Positions 30,704 to 41,344 are shown, counted from the stretch's first letter. The stretch: 61,531 nucleotides of DNA from Alphaproteobacteria bacterium UBA3760 (GCA_002371155.1 DFGC01000012.1:1-61531), one strand, 5' to 3'. The notes: generated by a model not told the origin, from the sequence alone. Numbers and translations are program-made.

Positions 30704-31876
30704 ATGACAAACAAAAAAAATATTAAATCATGGATTATATTTGGCGCAACATGCGGGATGATTTTCATGAATACATGCTCGGGCGCAGTGGTGTATGAAC
30801 GTGAATCAAAAACACCCGCACAAACAATTGAAAACAAAAGTTCTGTATTTGGCACACAAATATCCAGTGAATCTGACGACACTGCATTGGCGGACCAAAT
30901 TCGCGCACAACGCAACGCACGCGATGCCGCCGATATGCGCAACAACACATCGACCCAGATAAATTCTGGGACATCACAAATAAATTGCGACAACGCATTA
31001 CGCAAATGTATAGAATCACAATGCGGGGCAAAATATACCAAATGCGCAACCGATTCCGACACAACATTTTCAGATAAATTAAATGCATGTCGAAAAAACA
31101 CAACATGCACAGCACACGAATTCAATGTATTCACAAATGAAATCAAGGCAGACAAATCGCAACAGGTTTTACTTGCCCAATATACTGCAACCATAGATTG
31201 CGGCAATCGTTATAATAATTGTATCATTTCCAAATGTGGCACACATTTCAATAAATGCCTGGGTAAAACATCTGGCGACCGCGCGATTGCAGATTGCAAA
31301 CAAATTGCAACCGAATGTAACACATATGATTCGGGTTTAACATCACGCATTGGTTCGGTATTCGCAACACTGCGCACCAATGCCCAGGAACAAATTCGTC
31401 GCGACGAACAACGGTTATACGCATTACGCGATCAAATGCGCCAGGTATGTGAATCATTGGGCGCAATGTTTGACGACCGAACATTGGATTGCGTATTCAC
31501 CGCCAACCTGTATTCTGGCGACAATTATAACACGCCCGTCGCATCGAAAAAATTATACGCGGGCTCTGTATTTGATTGCACACCCGATTGGTTTGGTATA
31601 GACATCACAACATTCAAAGAAAACGCATACAGATTGACCCGCGCACAAAGTTCCGCATCCGCGGCGATGTTGGGATCGGGACTGGGGATTGCCACCGGTG
31701 CAATAACATCGGGCGCAATTGACCGCGCCGTCACATCCCAAGAGGCATTGGATAAATTAAAAACATTATGCGACCGCGCCGGTGGCGATGTCCAAGACGG
31801 CAAATGTGTTTATCCCGACGACACAGAAACCGACACCCAAAATACAAACAATCAAAATAGAAACGGCATCAAATAA
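30704..31876 (+). CDS. Secreted Cys-rich protein with C-terminal glycine zipper
   Basis: 3 nt after previous stop; signal-like N terminus; LGSGLGIATGAITSG. Confidence 0.75.
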   Translation: MTNKKNIKSWIIFGATCGMIFMNTCSGAVVYERESKTPAQTIENKSSVFGTQISSESDDTALADQIRAQRNARDAADMRNNTSTQINSGTSQINCDNALRKCIESQCGAKYTKCATDSDTTFSDKLNACRKNTTCTAHEFNVFTNEIKADKSQQVLLAQYTATIDCGNRYNNCIISKCGTHFNKCLGKTSGDRAIADCKQIATECNTYDSGLTSRIGSVFATLRTNAQEQIRRDEQRLYALRDQMRQVCESLGAMFDDRTLDCVFTANLYSGDNYNTPVASKKLYAGSVFDCTPDWFGIDITTFKENAYRLTRAQSSASAAMLGSGLGIATGAITSGAIDRAVTSQEALDKLKTLCDRAGGDVQDGKCVYPDDTETDTQNTNNQNRNGIK

Positions 31877-31881
31877 CCACC

Positions 31882-32745
31882 CTATCGCGCCTTGGGCTGT
31901 GCATGCATATACACGGTATCGCAACAAAAATCGTATTTGAACCGTTTATCGCTTTTCAATAAATCAGATATAATTTTATTTTTAGATGCCAATGTATCAA
32001 CAATCATAATTCCATCATCATTCAAATTAGAACTCAATTTATTTATAATATTATAAATCTGCCCGACGCCATTTGCATAGCCCAACACATTTGACAGATA
32101 AATAACATCATATTTTTTGCCATTTATGCGCCCCGGTAATTCATATAAATCCGACCATATAAAATTGAAATATTTTGGCATACATGATTTTGCCGCATTA
32201 TATTCAGAATCCGACATAAAAAACATTTTATTCATACGATACGCACCAAAAATATTACACCCACGCATATTTTCCAAATAATTTAATATATCACTATCGT
32301 TATTATCGGAAAATGTATCACGCACAACATCCCAACGACTATATGACGAAAACAAACACGGACAGCCCGACAAAGATTCCAAAACATCATAATATTTTTG
32401 TTTGGGAAAATCTTTTTTCATCATATGCATTTTAACCCGCATAACAAAATACGCATGAATTGAAATATCAAACACATCAACATTTTTTGCACCCGCACCC
32501 GCCAACATCAACGGCATATCACCACCACCACACACCGCCAATGCCGTTTTATTTTCTGGACACGCCCACCATTTTACAATTTCCGATAACATTTCATTTG
32601 AAATTAAATAAGACGGCGAATATTTGGAAAATTGATAACCTTGCCAATCATCTAATCCCACAAATCCCCAATAAATAAAATGCGTTCCCAACGGACGATA
32701 TCCGCGCCGCGCCACATTTGCATCAATATTATATTTTGCCCACAT
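31882..32745 (-). CDS. Putative SAM-dependent methyltransferase (DUF3419/BtaA-like)
   Basis: ALAVCGGGD motif I-like, VDVFDIS, YDVIYLSNVLGY. Confidence 0.65.
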   Translation of the reverse strand: MWAKYNIDANVARRGYRPLGTHFIYWGFVGLDDWQGYQFSKYSPSYLISNEMLSEIVKWWACPENKTALAVCGGGDMPLMLAGAGAKNVDVFDISIHAYFVMRVKMHMMKKDFPKQKYYDVLESLSGCPCLFSSYSRWDVVRDTFSDNNDSDILNYLENMRGCNIFGAYRMNKMFFMSDSEYNAAKSCMPKYFNFIWSDLYELPGRINGKKYDVIYLSNVLGYANGVGQIYNIINKLSSNLNDDGIMIVDTLASKNKIISDLLKSDKRFKYDFCCDTVYMHAQPKAR

Positions 32746-32814
32746 ATTCTAAGCCTCTATAAAAAAATTATAGACAATAATTATTTTATGTCAAACAAAT
32801 TATTCCCGCCCAAT

Positions 32815-32962
32815 CGTCATCCCGCGGACGCGCGGGATCCAGTTGACGACATTTGTCGTCAACCTGTGTCATTTGGCATAATTACGCAAGTTTTGCGTCC
32901 CGCAAAACTGGATACCGCCCTGGCATGACGACACTTTCAACCCCGCCCTTGCGGCGGGACTC
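32815..32962. repeat. Palindromic REP/RPE-like element
   Basis: cgtcatcccgcg..gcgggatcc, nested hairpins, ..ggcatgacg; ccccgcccttgcggcggg also near 59283 and 59670. Confidence 0.7.
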
Positions 32963-32986
32963 GAATGGGGCGGAATTTTTAACAAT

Positions 32987-33016
32987 AAAAAAACGGATGC
33001 CGAAACCGGCATCCGT
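32987..33016. terminator. Terminator of the minus-strand 33047..35320 gene
   Basis: A-run acggatgccg-aaac-cggcatccgt. Confidence 0.75.
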
Positions 33017-33046
33017 ACTCAAAATCCCCAAAGATTTCGAATAGCC

Positions 33047-35320
33047 TTAGTGTTGCATCACTTCAACATCTGTCGTTGACGCCCACGGCACATCTGGACC
33101 ATACGGCGTAATCGGTGTTGGATCACGTCCATCACGCGTACATGCACCATACGACACCGCAACCGAACGATTTTCTATACATACACTGCCCGACATTTTG
33201 CATGCGCCCCGCACTAATGTTGTCGTGTTGCGACCGGGCTTTTGATAATTAATCTGCACGGCTTTGCAATCTTCGGCTGTGGTATACATGCCACAAGTTG
33301 CAATCCAATCCGCACATGATGTCACCCGGGCGGTTGGCGATATCGAATCTGCCACACGCAAATTCCATTTCACATAGAAATCTTTCAAAGAATCTATAGT
33401 GAACGCCTTGCCGAAACCAACCGTATTCAAACCGTCCCCAACATGGCACGAAATATTATTGCGTTCCACGAATGCGGTAATTGCGGTTGCAACACCACCG
33501 GCACCCAAACCAACCCCGGCACCGACCAACGCCGATTTACCACGATTGGATTTTTGCCCCATCAGTATATCGCCAATGTTGTTATATACCTTGTCTAATT
33601 GCGCAACCTGGGTTTCTGCAGTTGCCTTATCAACGCAATTGGCCGTAACCTCACCATTACACAATACACTATCTACGCGTTCCACATTTTGCAAAGTCGA
33701 AAAACGACAATTTCCTCGAACTGGCACTTCTGTAACTCCGCATTTGGCTTTACACTCATCTATCAGATCTCTAACTGTTGTGTTAGAGATAGATCCGCCA
33801 TCTTTATCAACCAATCCTCGTGTCTCGTTCAACGCAACTTTCTTAGTACCATCACCATTTTCTTGCATCAAAGTTATTTCACCATCAGTTGCATTAAACT
33901 CACCACAGTCTGCACTTGCACTATAGAAAACACCATTATCTTTTAAACGAATCTTACACTCATAAACAGAGCTTGCGGTCCGGGTTCCAGTCGCCGAACA
34001 ATTTGGCAAAGCACTCTTAACATTACGATACTTATCATACAGTTTTAGCAAATCCTCGCACCAGTCTGTATCCACATCAGCCGGATTCAATGGCACAGAT
34101 TTCTTCAAATACGTCGATAAAGTATTATCCAATTTTTTATCTTTGATTCTTTGCCACAATTCTTTGCGCATATCGTCATTATTGCAATCAAATGCACGCG
34201 CATCATGCCCCGCCAACGCACCGATACCGGCGCCAACCAACGCACCACCCGGCAACGCAGTCGCCGCAACGGTGCTGGTATCATTTAACAATGAAAAATC
34301 AAACAAATCTTTGTTGCATGTAAATGTCGAACCGGCATCTTGCCAAACCTCGGCGGCACGGTCATCACCCAATGCACCAAACAACCAATTATTTGTAATC
34401 AGTTTATCTTTGTTATATGCCGCAACACGAACCTTGCACACTGCGTTCGTTGCATCCCAACGCGCATAGTGTCCGCGTTCACCATCAACACCCGACACAT
34501 TTCCATTGGCAGTATTATTCACCATTGGACCTTGGGGTTGATTTTTCGACAACGAACCATTCATTTGTTCATTGTATGCGCCAACCTTGTCATTATATTC
34601 ACTTGTCACGCCACCATTTGTCGCAACCGCCGCAAACGAACGACCATATGTGTTTTTATCTAACAATTCACATACATTTTCCGCCTGGTTCGGGGTCAGA
34701 CCCGTTCTGCGCAAAACAAAGTTATAATATTCCGGTTGAACAATTCTGGAATTGAAATCCAACCAAACATCCACAGACGAATCGTAAATACTGCGACAAT
34801 CGACACGAACCTCACGAATACATTTGTCAACCTCGGACGCACAAATGCCCATGCCGTTTATTATCGAATTACGCAAATCTTCATTAAACAAATCATTTAA
34901 TCCATGCGGCAAAACACCACTTTGTACACAATTCAATACCGATTGCATACAATCATCAACGGTAAAGGATGAATTACGCACACCGCCATCCGGGCAATCG
35001 CCATTACCCGGATTATCTGGATTATCCGGGTTGTTCGGATTGTTCGGATTATTCGGGTTGTTCGGATTATTCGGATTGTTCGGATTATTTGGCGTTGGAA
35101 CATCCGGTATTGCCGAACCATTACCACCCGTTGTCGTAACACCTGACACCGCATGTGTCCCAATTGTATTGATTGACATCGTTGGCATTGTCGGCATACG
35201 CGTCCGCCCAGAATTAGAAGTTGCCACAACCGAACGCGACGCGGCATACGCGCCACTGACACAGACAATCGCCGTCATCCCAGCGATACAAGACCATAAC
35301 AATTTAGACGTTTTTTGCAT
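33047..35320 (-). CDS. Secreted Cys-rich protein with NNP low-complexity linker and two glycine-zipper segments
   Basis: Signal peptide; (NNP)n; GGALVGAGIGALAG and ALVGAGVGLGAGG. Confidence 0.78.
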   Translation of the reverse strand: MQKTSKLLWSCIAGMTAIVCVSGAYAASRSVVATSNSGRTRMPTMPTMSINTIGTHAVSGVTTTGGNGSAIPDVPTPNNPNNPNNPNNPNNPNNPNNPDNPDNPGNGDCPDGGVRNSSFTVDDCMQSVLNCVQSGVLPHGLNDLFNEDLRNSIINGMGICASEVDKCIREVRVDCRSIYDSSVDVWLDFNSRIVQPEYYNFVLRRTGLTPNQAENVCELLDKNTYGRSFAAVATNGGVTSEYNDKVGAYNEQMNGSLSKNQPQGPMVNNTANGNVSGVDGERGHYARWDATNAVCKVRVAAYNKDKLITNNWLFGALGDDRAAEVWQDAGSTFTCNKDLFDFSLLNDTSTVAATALPGGALVGAGIGALAGHDARAFDCNNDDMRKELWQRIKDKKLDNTLSTYLKKSVPLNPADVDTDWCEDLLKLYDKYRNVKSALPNCSATGTRTASSVYECKIRLKDNGVFYSASADCGEFNATDGEITLMQENGDGTKKVALNETRGLVDKDGGSISNTTVRDLIDECKAKCGVTEVPVRGNCRFSTLQNVERVDSVLCNGEVTANCVDKATAETQVAQLDKVYNNIGDILMGQKSNRGKSALVGAGVGLGAGGVATAITAFVERNNISCHVGDGLNTVGFGKAFTIDSLKDFYVKWNLRVADSISPTARVTSCADWIATCGMYTTAEDCKAVQINYQKPGRNTTTLVRGACKMSGSVCIENRSVAVSYGACTRDGRDPTPITPYGPDVPWASTTDVEVMQH
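35010..35093 (-). repeat. 9-bp-period tandem repeat encoding (N/D)NP
   Basis: ggattatct/ggattatcc/gggttgttc/ggattgttc/ggattattc units with synonymous variation. Confidence 0.9.
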
Positions 35321-35421
35321 AAAACATTCTCCCTTTTTTTGCTATTATATCATAAAAAAGCCCATAAAAAAACCTTTTTTACAATTTTTTCTATAATTTT
35401 ATGCAATTTGATTATTTTTAA

Positions 35422-35449
35422 TTGACAAAAACACAATATTGTCTATAAT
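35422..35449 (+). promoter_or_regulatory. Consensus sigma70 promoter, probably leaderless transcript
   Basis: TTGACA-16 nt-TATAAT; ATG starts 7 nt downstream of the -10 element. Confidence 0.65.
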
Positions 35450-35455
35450 ACAAGC

Positions 35456-36472
35456 ATGTTAAAAGCAACCGATTTTATAAAAAAGTGCAAAATTCCAGCC
35501 ATTTGGACGATTTGTTATATTTTCGTCACCTGGGCAATTTTACGCATTTTATTTAATTTTGAAATGTTCAGTCAAATGGACTGGATACGCATTTCGCACG
35601 CACATTTACGCGGAATCGGCGGTTTAACATTTTGTTTGATAATAATTTCAACAATTCCATTATATATCGCAACAACATCTATTGTTATCAAAACGCAAAA
35701 GCCCCTATTGGCCATACCTGTTCCGCATTTTATATCCAAAATCATGAAAAAATTTTTCCCATCAGAAATGACAACGGACGAAAAAACATCTGACAAAGAT
35801 TCTGAATCCGAATCGCCAACCATAACCCACGATGTTGCAACCGAACAATTCCCGGCGGAAATGCGTGGCGCATTTATTCGTGCCCGCACCCACCCCGACC
35901 GCATAAACGCACCAATCTGCACGGTATGCACAACCACACCAAATGTATATCCCGACACGCCATCCGCCCCACAATCATTTAATGATGATGTTCCAATTCC
36001 ATCTGACTTTGATTTTGATGACGCACAACCTGCGCCCGCCGCACCCGTATTCCAAGATATAAATTTTTATAACGACGATGACAACACCGATACAGAAAAC
36101 AACGATAACACACAAACGAACACAACAAACTTTATTCAATCGGACACCGATTACGACCCGACCGAAATAATTGAGCATTTTGCAAAAACGAATCGGCAAT
36201 TTGATATTTTACCAAACGGAATTATATTAACAAATGATGCCGCAATCGCTGTTCACACCGATTCGGATTTTTGGATTATGGACGACCCGATATGGTTTGC
36301 ATCCGGCAAAACCCGCGAATCACCATTGAACGATTTACGCAATATTGCAACCGAACGCGGATTGCGTGCTGTTTTTTACCTGGGCGCAGACAACATTATG
36401 AACGCACCCGCCAAAATCCAAGAATGGGAACAAAACGGAATCCATGTTGTAAAAAAATTATCCGATTTATAA
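35456..36472 (+). CDS. Hypothetical membrane protein (two N-terminal TMs, acidic linker, C-terminal globular domain)
   Basis: 338 aa ORF with hydrophobic N terminus. Confidence 0.75.
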   Translation: MLKATDFIKKCKIPAIWTICYIFVTWAILRILFNFEMFSQMDWIRISHAHLRGIGGLTFCLIIISTIPLYIATTSIVIKTQKPLLAIPVPHFISKIMKKFFPSEMTTDEKTSDKDSESESPTITHDVATEQFPAEMRGAFIRARTHPDRINAPICTVCTTTPNVYPDTPSAPQSFNDDVPIPSDFDFDDAQPAPAAPVFQDINFYNDDDNTDTENNDNTQTNTTNFIQSDTDYDPTEIIEHFAKTNRQFDILPNGIILTNDAAIAVHTDSDFWIMDDPIWFASGKTRESPLNDLRNIATERGLRAVFYLGADNIMNAPAKIQEWEQNGIHVVKKLSDL

Positions 36473-36542
36473 TAAAAAAACACCGCCAAAAAAACCCACG
36501 AAAATCTTTTAAATTTTCGTGGGGATAACCTGGGCGGTGCGT

Positions 36543-39329
36543 TTACATTGGTATATCTTGACTGGTAATCACCGGTTGCGCCATACGCGTGCATACATTT
36601 CCAGTATAATTTTTCACGACACCACCGCCACTGTGTCCACCAATACCAATAAACCAATTAGACCCGCCAAATCCGATACCACCACTGCTGCCATTTTCAT
36701 CGACCGTGTTATAAACATCTTTCATATTTTCACACATAGTTGTATAACTGGTCAATTTACAGGTATCCGTATCCGATGAATAGACCGCATTCATAACAAT
36801 TTTACCAATCATATTGCCAAATGTATCCACCTGAACAAATTCACCGCGTCCAGATTTTTGTTGATTTAACAATTCGTTCATCGTCATTCCGTCAATAACC
36901 AACCGTACATCATATACACCGGGGCGCGCCTTGGATTCACGCAAACCCGCAAAATTATTGCTAACAATTTCTTTGGGCGTCACAGTCAGCCCAGACATTT
37001 TTTTCAGGTTTTGCAACACTGACCCAATTGTCGGTGCCTCGACGAACACATCTGATTTTCCATTATCTACATCGGGCACATCGGTTGCCATCGCCGCACA
37101 CAATGCCGCCTTGATTTCATCGCTTTGTTGTTCCAACGCCCCAGCAACCAATTCATTGTATTTTTTAGAATAATTTTCTGTTGCCTTGTCTAAACCGGCA
37201 TTTACAATTGACATTATCGCAGAATCCAACAAATGCGGATATCGCGCTGTGTCGCGGGTTTCGGAACGTTTGCTGTTTGAACCACGAATTTGCGTCATAT
37301 CGCGCCCGTTCACGCACATACTGATTTTCGGGTCAGATGTCAACAACGCAATCTTTTGATTTATTTTATTTTGTGTCGATTGCAATGTCGATAACACGCG
37401 TCCCTTTATTACAGAAGTCCCATCAACATTTTGTATGTTGTCCGAATAATTTTCGATATCCAATTCATATTTACCAAATTTAACATCATCAGATGTACTG
37501 GTCGTTTCTTTGATTTTAACATTCCCAAAGGTCACCAAACCTTCGATAACAAAACTGCCATCACGCGCCTTGTAACTGGTTAAACTGTCCGCACCCATGG
37601 TTGTGTCATTATCAAATGCCGCACATGCAATATCATCACCACATATTTCGATATACTTTGCATTTACCGCATTTTGACAATTCGTCAGCAAAGAATTATC
37701 TATATCCAAATAAACACCTTGGACAATATTATCGATAACATCCCATGTGGCATCTTGTCCATTTTCTTGGCACGCAATCAGTTTTGCCAACGGACACATA
37801 TCACGAATTGATTGCAAATCCAACCCGACACATTTCGAATAATCAGACCCGCATCGGTCTTCATCGGTCAAACAATTTTTAACCTCGGTCGTGCACGCGT
37901 CAACCCGCATAGATGCCAATCGCGCATAAACATAATCCAAAATTTTTGGTTCGGCGGCAATACACGGTTCAATTTGCACACTGCATAACGCCCGCATAGT
38001 TTCCGGACGCGACAAACACATATCATACGAACCGTCCGGATTACTCGGGTCAATATTATCTTTACACGCGGTCTGGAAACACGATGAAATATCACTGATA
38101 CAATTCATACGCAAATTCGATTCTGCAATCAGTTCCGCAGATTTAATTTCCGGCGCGGCTTCAACCAAGAATGTATCCCACACTTTATCTTTGACGGCAA
38201 CACATTGCTTGGTCACACTTTCGCACATTGTTTTCTTGGCCATCAACACATCGTATGTCCCCGCCGCAATAGAAATATTTGTCGCACCGGTTTTAACTGT
38301 TTTATTTTTCTTGTTTGATTGTAAATTTTGCATTGCAACCGATGACGCACATTTGGAAAAATCATCACCACACCCCGCGGTTGTCTGCATACATTGCTTG
38401 AACCGAATCGTGCATTGCCCCAAATCGTATTTATTAGCATTTTGATATTGCTCCAACGCAGCATCACGCATGGCGGTCTGCGCCGTTTGCAATTTTTTCA
38501 TCGAAGAATTTCTTTGTTGTTTCAAACTGTTTTCATATGCCGTGCAATCAGATTTTATTTGTTGCGCATACATCAATTTCAACATAGACATACTGGCACG
38601 ACATCCCGGAATTTGCGCCGCACACATTGATGACGCCGATGAATACAACGCATCACCCGTTTTGTTTGATATACTATCTTCGGCCGCAAAATCATCTATA
38701 TCTTCATAAACATCATTCCACGCATCCAAATCCAGATTCAGGCTGCGCGTGCGTTTGGCATTACTGGTTGCCGATTGCGCCGCCGCATTTGCCGCACTGT
38801 CCACCATTTTTTGCACTGCATCCGCGTCCGCACCCATATTTATGCGGTCAACCCCCATCGTCGCCATAGCATAACTTTGTTCGTCCAATTTTTGGATTTC
38901 TTCCAACACAGTATCCAATTCCATATGCCGATTACTGCATAAACAACGCCCACCATTGACATTATCCAACATACAAAAAGAATCCATACATCCAAAATAT
39001 TTTGTTCTGCACTCTTCACTGACGATTGTGTTTGTTGTGGCACCGGCAATTTGTGTTCCACTTGATATAACTTTCTTGGTCGTTGCCGCACGCGCCGAAA
39101 CCGCCCCAGATTTTTGTGAACCCAACCCCGTGTTTGTTGCCACCGTCCCAGACCGCCGAACCGCCAAACGCGCAGGCATCGCCAACCCGCCCGACGAAGT
39201 GTTCGCCACATCTGTTGAATTCGTTGTGGCCGGCACACGACGCAATGTCGTCGAACTGCGAACCGCCGCATCCGCCCCAAAACCCACAAAACAACAAAAT
39301 AAAAGATTCAGCGCAATCAGTTTTTTCAT
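36543..39329 (-). CDS. Large secreted Cys-rich protein
   Basis: 928 aa; signal peptide, Arg/Ala/Thr-rich linker, repeated Cx6C..CxxD[YF]SKC modules. Confidence 0.8.
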   Translation of the reverse strand: MKKLIALNLLFCCFVGFGADAAVRSSTTLRRVPATTNSTDVANTSSGGLAMPARLAVRRSGTVATNTGLGSQKSGAVSARAATTKKVISSGTQIAGATTNTIVSEECRTKYFGCMDSFCMLDNVNGGRCLCSNRHMELDTVLEEIQKLDEQSYAMATMGVDRINMGADADAVQKMVDSAANAAAQSATSNAKRTRSLNLDLDAWNDVYEDIDDFAAEDSISNKTGDALYSSASSMCAAQIPGCRASMSMLKLMYAQQIKSDCTAYENSLKQQRNSSMKKLQTAQTAMRDAALEQYQNANKYDLGQCTIRFKQCMQTTAGCGDDFSKCASSVAMQNLQSNKKNKTVKTGATNISIAAGTYDVLMAKKTMCESVTKQCVAVKDKVWDTFLVEAAPEIKSAELIAESNLRMNCISDISSCFQTACKDNIDPSNPDGSYDMCLSRPETMRALCSVQIEPCIAAEPKILDYVYARLASMRVDACTTEVKNCLTDEDRCGSDYSKCVGLDLQSIRDMCPLAKLIACQENGQDATWDVIDNIVQGVYLDIDNSLLTNCQNAVNAKYIEICGDDIACAAFDNDTTMGADSLTSYKARDGSFVIEGLVTFGNVKIKETTSTSDDVKFGKYELDIENYSDNIQNVDGTSVIKGRVLSTLQSTQNKINQKIALLTSDPKISMCVNGRDMTQIRGSNSKRSETRDTARYPHLLDSAIMSIVNAGLDKATENYSKKYNELVAGALEQQSDEIKAALCAAMATDVPDVDNGKSDVFVEAPTIGSVLQNLKKMSGLTVTPKEIVSNNFAGLRESKARPGVYDVRLVIDGMTMNELLNQQKSGRGEFVQVDTFGNMIGKIVMNAVYSSDTDTCKLTSYTTMCENMKDVYNTVDENGSSGGIGFGGSNWFIGIGGHSGGGVVKNYTGNVCTRMAQPVITSQDIPM

Positions 39330-39399
39330 AAAAAAATCTCCTACAACTATCCCCTATATTTTATCATAAAAACCCACATTCACCAAACATTTTATAAAC

Positions 39400-39429
39400 A
39401 AAAAACCTGCAAAAAATTGCAGGTTTTTA
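39400..39429 (-). terminator. Terminator after rplQ
   Basis: A-run acctgcaa-aaaa-ttgcaggt T-run. Confidence 0.75.
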
Positions 39430-39453
39430 TCTTAAGTATCAAAACCAAATTCA

Positions 39454-40026
39454 TTATTTGCCTGTCGCGCGACGTTTAACCGCAACAGTTTTTTTCGCCG
39501 CCGTCGCTTTGGCCTTTGGCGCATCTTTTTCGGCTTTTACTGTTGTTTTTTTCGCCGCGGATTTTGGTGCTTTGGCTTCGGCATCCGCCGGTGTTGCTTC
39601 TTTTTCAACCGCCGCATTGCTTTCAGTCGCCGCCGGTTTCACAACAGATTTTTTCGCGTTAACATCACGGTCAACCAATTCAATAATTGCCATAGGTGCC
39701 GCATCACCATAACGGAACCCGGCCTTTAATACACGGGTATAACCGCCCGGACGTTTTGCATAACGCACGCCCAACACAGCAAACAATTTTTTAACTGTTT
39801 TATCCGCACCATTGCCCAATTCAGAGGCAATTAAACGACGATTCGCCACAGAATCAACCTTGGCACGTGTAATCAATTTTTCAACAACACGACGCAAATC
39901 TTTTGCCTTGGGTAATGTTGTTTTAATTTGTTCACGTTCAATTAAATTTTTCGCCAAGCCAATCATCAAAGCCTTGCGTGCATTTGTATCGCGATTAAAA
40001 GTGCGACCTGATTTCATGTGTCTCAT
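39454..40026 (-). CDS. rplQ: 50S ribosomal protein L17
   Basis: [24 protein letters not shown]. Confidence 0.98.
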   Translation of the reverse strand: MRHMKSGRTFNRDTNARKALMIGLAKNLIEREQIKTTLPKAKDLRRVVEKLITRAKVDSVANRRLIASELGNGADKTVKKLFAVLGVRYAKRPGGYTRVLKAGFRYGDAAPMAIIELVDRDVNAKKSVVKPAATESNAAVEKEATPADAEAKAPKSAAKKTTVKAEKDAPKAKATAAKKTVAVKRRATGK

Positions 40027-40154
40027 TGATTACTCCTTTTTGTTTCTGCCCCAGATTCCTGGGGATTTATCGACACACCATAACCTGGTATTTCTATCAG
40101 TATTATGGGACTTTTACCAAACTTTCCCTATTATTCCAGAAAATTCACCATTTT

Positions 40155-40309
40155 CAAGAAAATAATTTATGTGGGGGAATCGCAACAAGTCCCCACACAA
40201 ATTTTCAAGAAAATAAATTATGTGCGGGAATTGGAAGCGATTGGCGGTTCGCAGTGTAGTTGACCTACATAAGAACCGGCAATCGCGACAAGTCCCCACA
40301 GAATTTATT
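40155..40309. repeat. RPE-like palindromic element between rpoA and rplQ
   Basis: Nearly identical to unit 2 of the 24.6 kb array (gcagtgtagttgacctacataagaaccg). Confidence 0.85.
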
Positions 40310-41344
40310 TTATTTGTAGGGGTCTTCGTATTTCTTGGCCAACTCCGCAATATTTTCTGGTGGCCAACCCGGGACTTCCATACCCAATCCCAATCCCATG
40401 GCCTCTAATTGGATTTTGATTTCATTCAAAGATTTACGGCCAAAGTTTGGTGTTTTCAACATATCGGCCTCGGTCTTTTGAACCAATTCACCCAACCAAT
40501 TGATTTTATCGTTTTTCAAGCAATTATTTGCACGAACCGACAATTCCAATTCATCAACATGCTTCAACAATTTCGGATCAAATGGCAAAGCATCTTTGAC
40601 CTTGTCATCTTCCGCCGGCGCACTGATTTGTGCCGGGTCATCAAAATTGATAAATACAGATAATTGGTCCGTCAAAATGCGCGCTGCAAACGCGATTGCA
40701 TCTTCTGGGGACACAGAACCATTTGTTTTCACCGTCAATTCCAATTTATCATAATCGGTTGATTGACCGACACGCGTTTGTGAAACCGCCGAAGAAACAT
40801 TCAAAATCGGCGAAAAAATAGAATCAACCGGAATAACACCCAATGGCAAATCAACATCATGGGCATTTGCCGCGACATAACCACGTCCCGAATCCAATGT
40901 GATTTCCATATCAAATGTTGCATCTTTATCCAAAGTGCAAATTTCGGCATCTTTATTCATAACATCAACACCCGCAGATGTTTCAATCATACCCGCCGTC
41001 ACAACAACCGGACCACGCGCCTTGATTGTTGCCTTGTGCTGACCCTCGGCATTTGCCTTGAAATAAACACCCTTTAAATTCAATATAATATCAGAAATAT
41101 CTTCACGAACACCGGGCAAAGTGCTGAATTCATGTTGCACACCATCAATTTTTACATATACCGGCGCACACCCCTGTAATGAAGACAACAGAACACGACG
41201 CAACGCCGTTCCCAATGTCAAACCAAAACCCTTTTCCAGCGGTTCAACAATTAATGTTCCAATATTAGGATTTTTTTCATCAACTTTGATGTCCATTCTT
41301 TTTGGCTTAATCAAAGTCATCCAATTTTTTTCAATCATATTCAC
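40310..41344 (-). CDS. rpoA: RNA polymerase alpha subunit
   Basis: [42 protein letters not shown]. Confidence 0.99.
   Translation of the reverse strand: MNMIEKNWMTLIKPKRMDIKVDEKNPNIGTLIVEPLEKGFGLTLGTALRRVLLSSLQGCAPVYVKIDGVQHEFSTLPGVREDISDIILNLKGVYFKANAEGQHKATIKARGPVVVTAGMIETSAGVDVMNKDAEICTLDKDATFDMEITLDSGRGYVAANAHDVDLPLGVIPVDSIFSPILNVSSAVSQTRVGQSTDYDKLELTVKTNGSVSPEDAIAFAARILTDQLSVFINFDDPAQISAPAEDDKVKDALPFDPKLLKHVDELELSVRANNCLKNDKINWLGELVQKTEADMLKTPNFGRKSLNEIKIQLEAMGLGLGMEVPGWPPENIAELAKKYEDPYK

Noticed and set aside
35428-35443. NrdR box
   Set aside because: acaatattgt palindrome is two bases short of the consensus and lies in a promoter spacer of an unrelated gene
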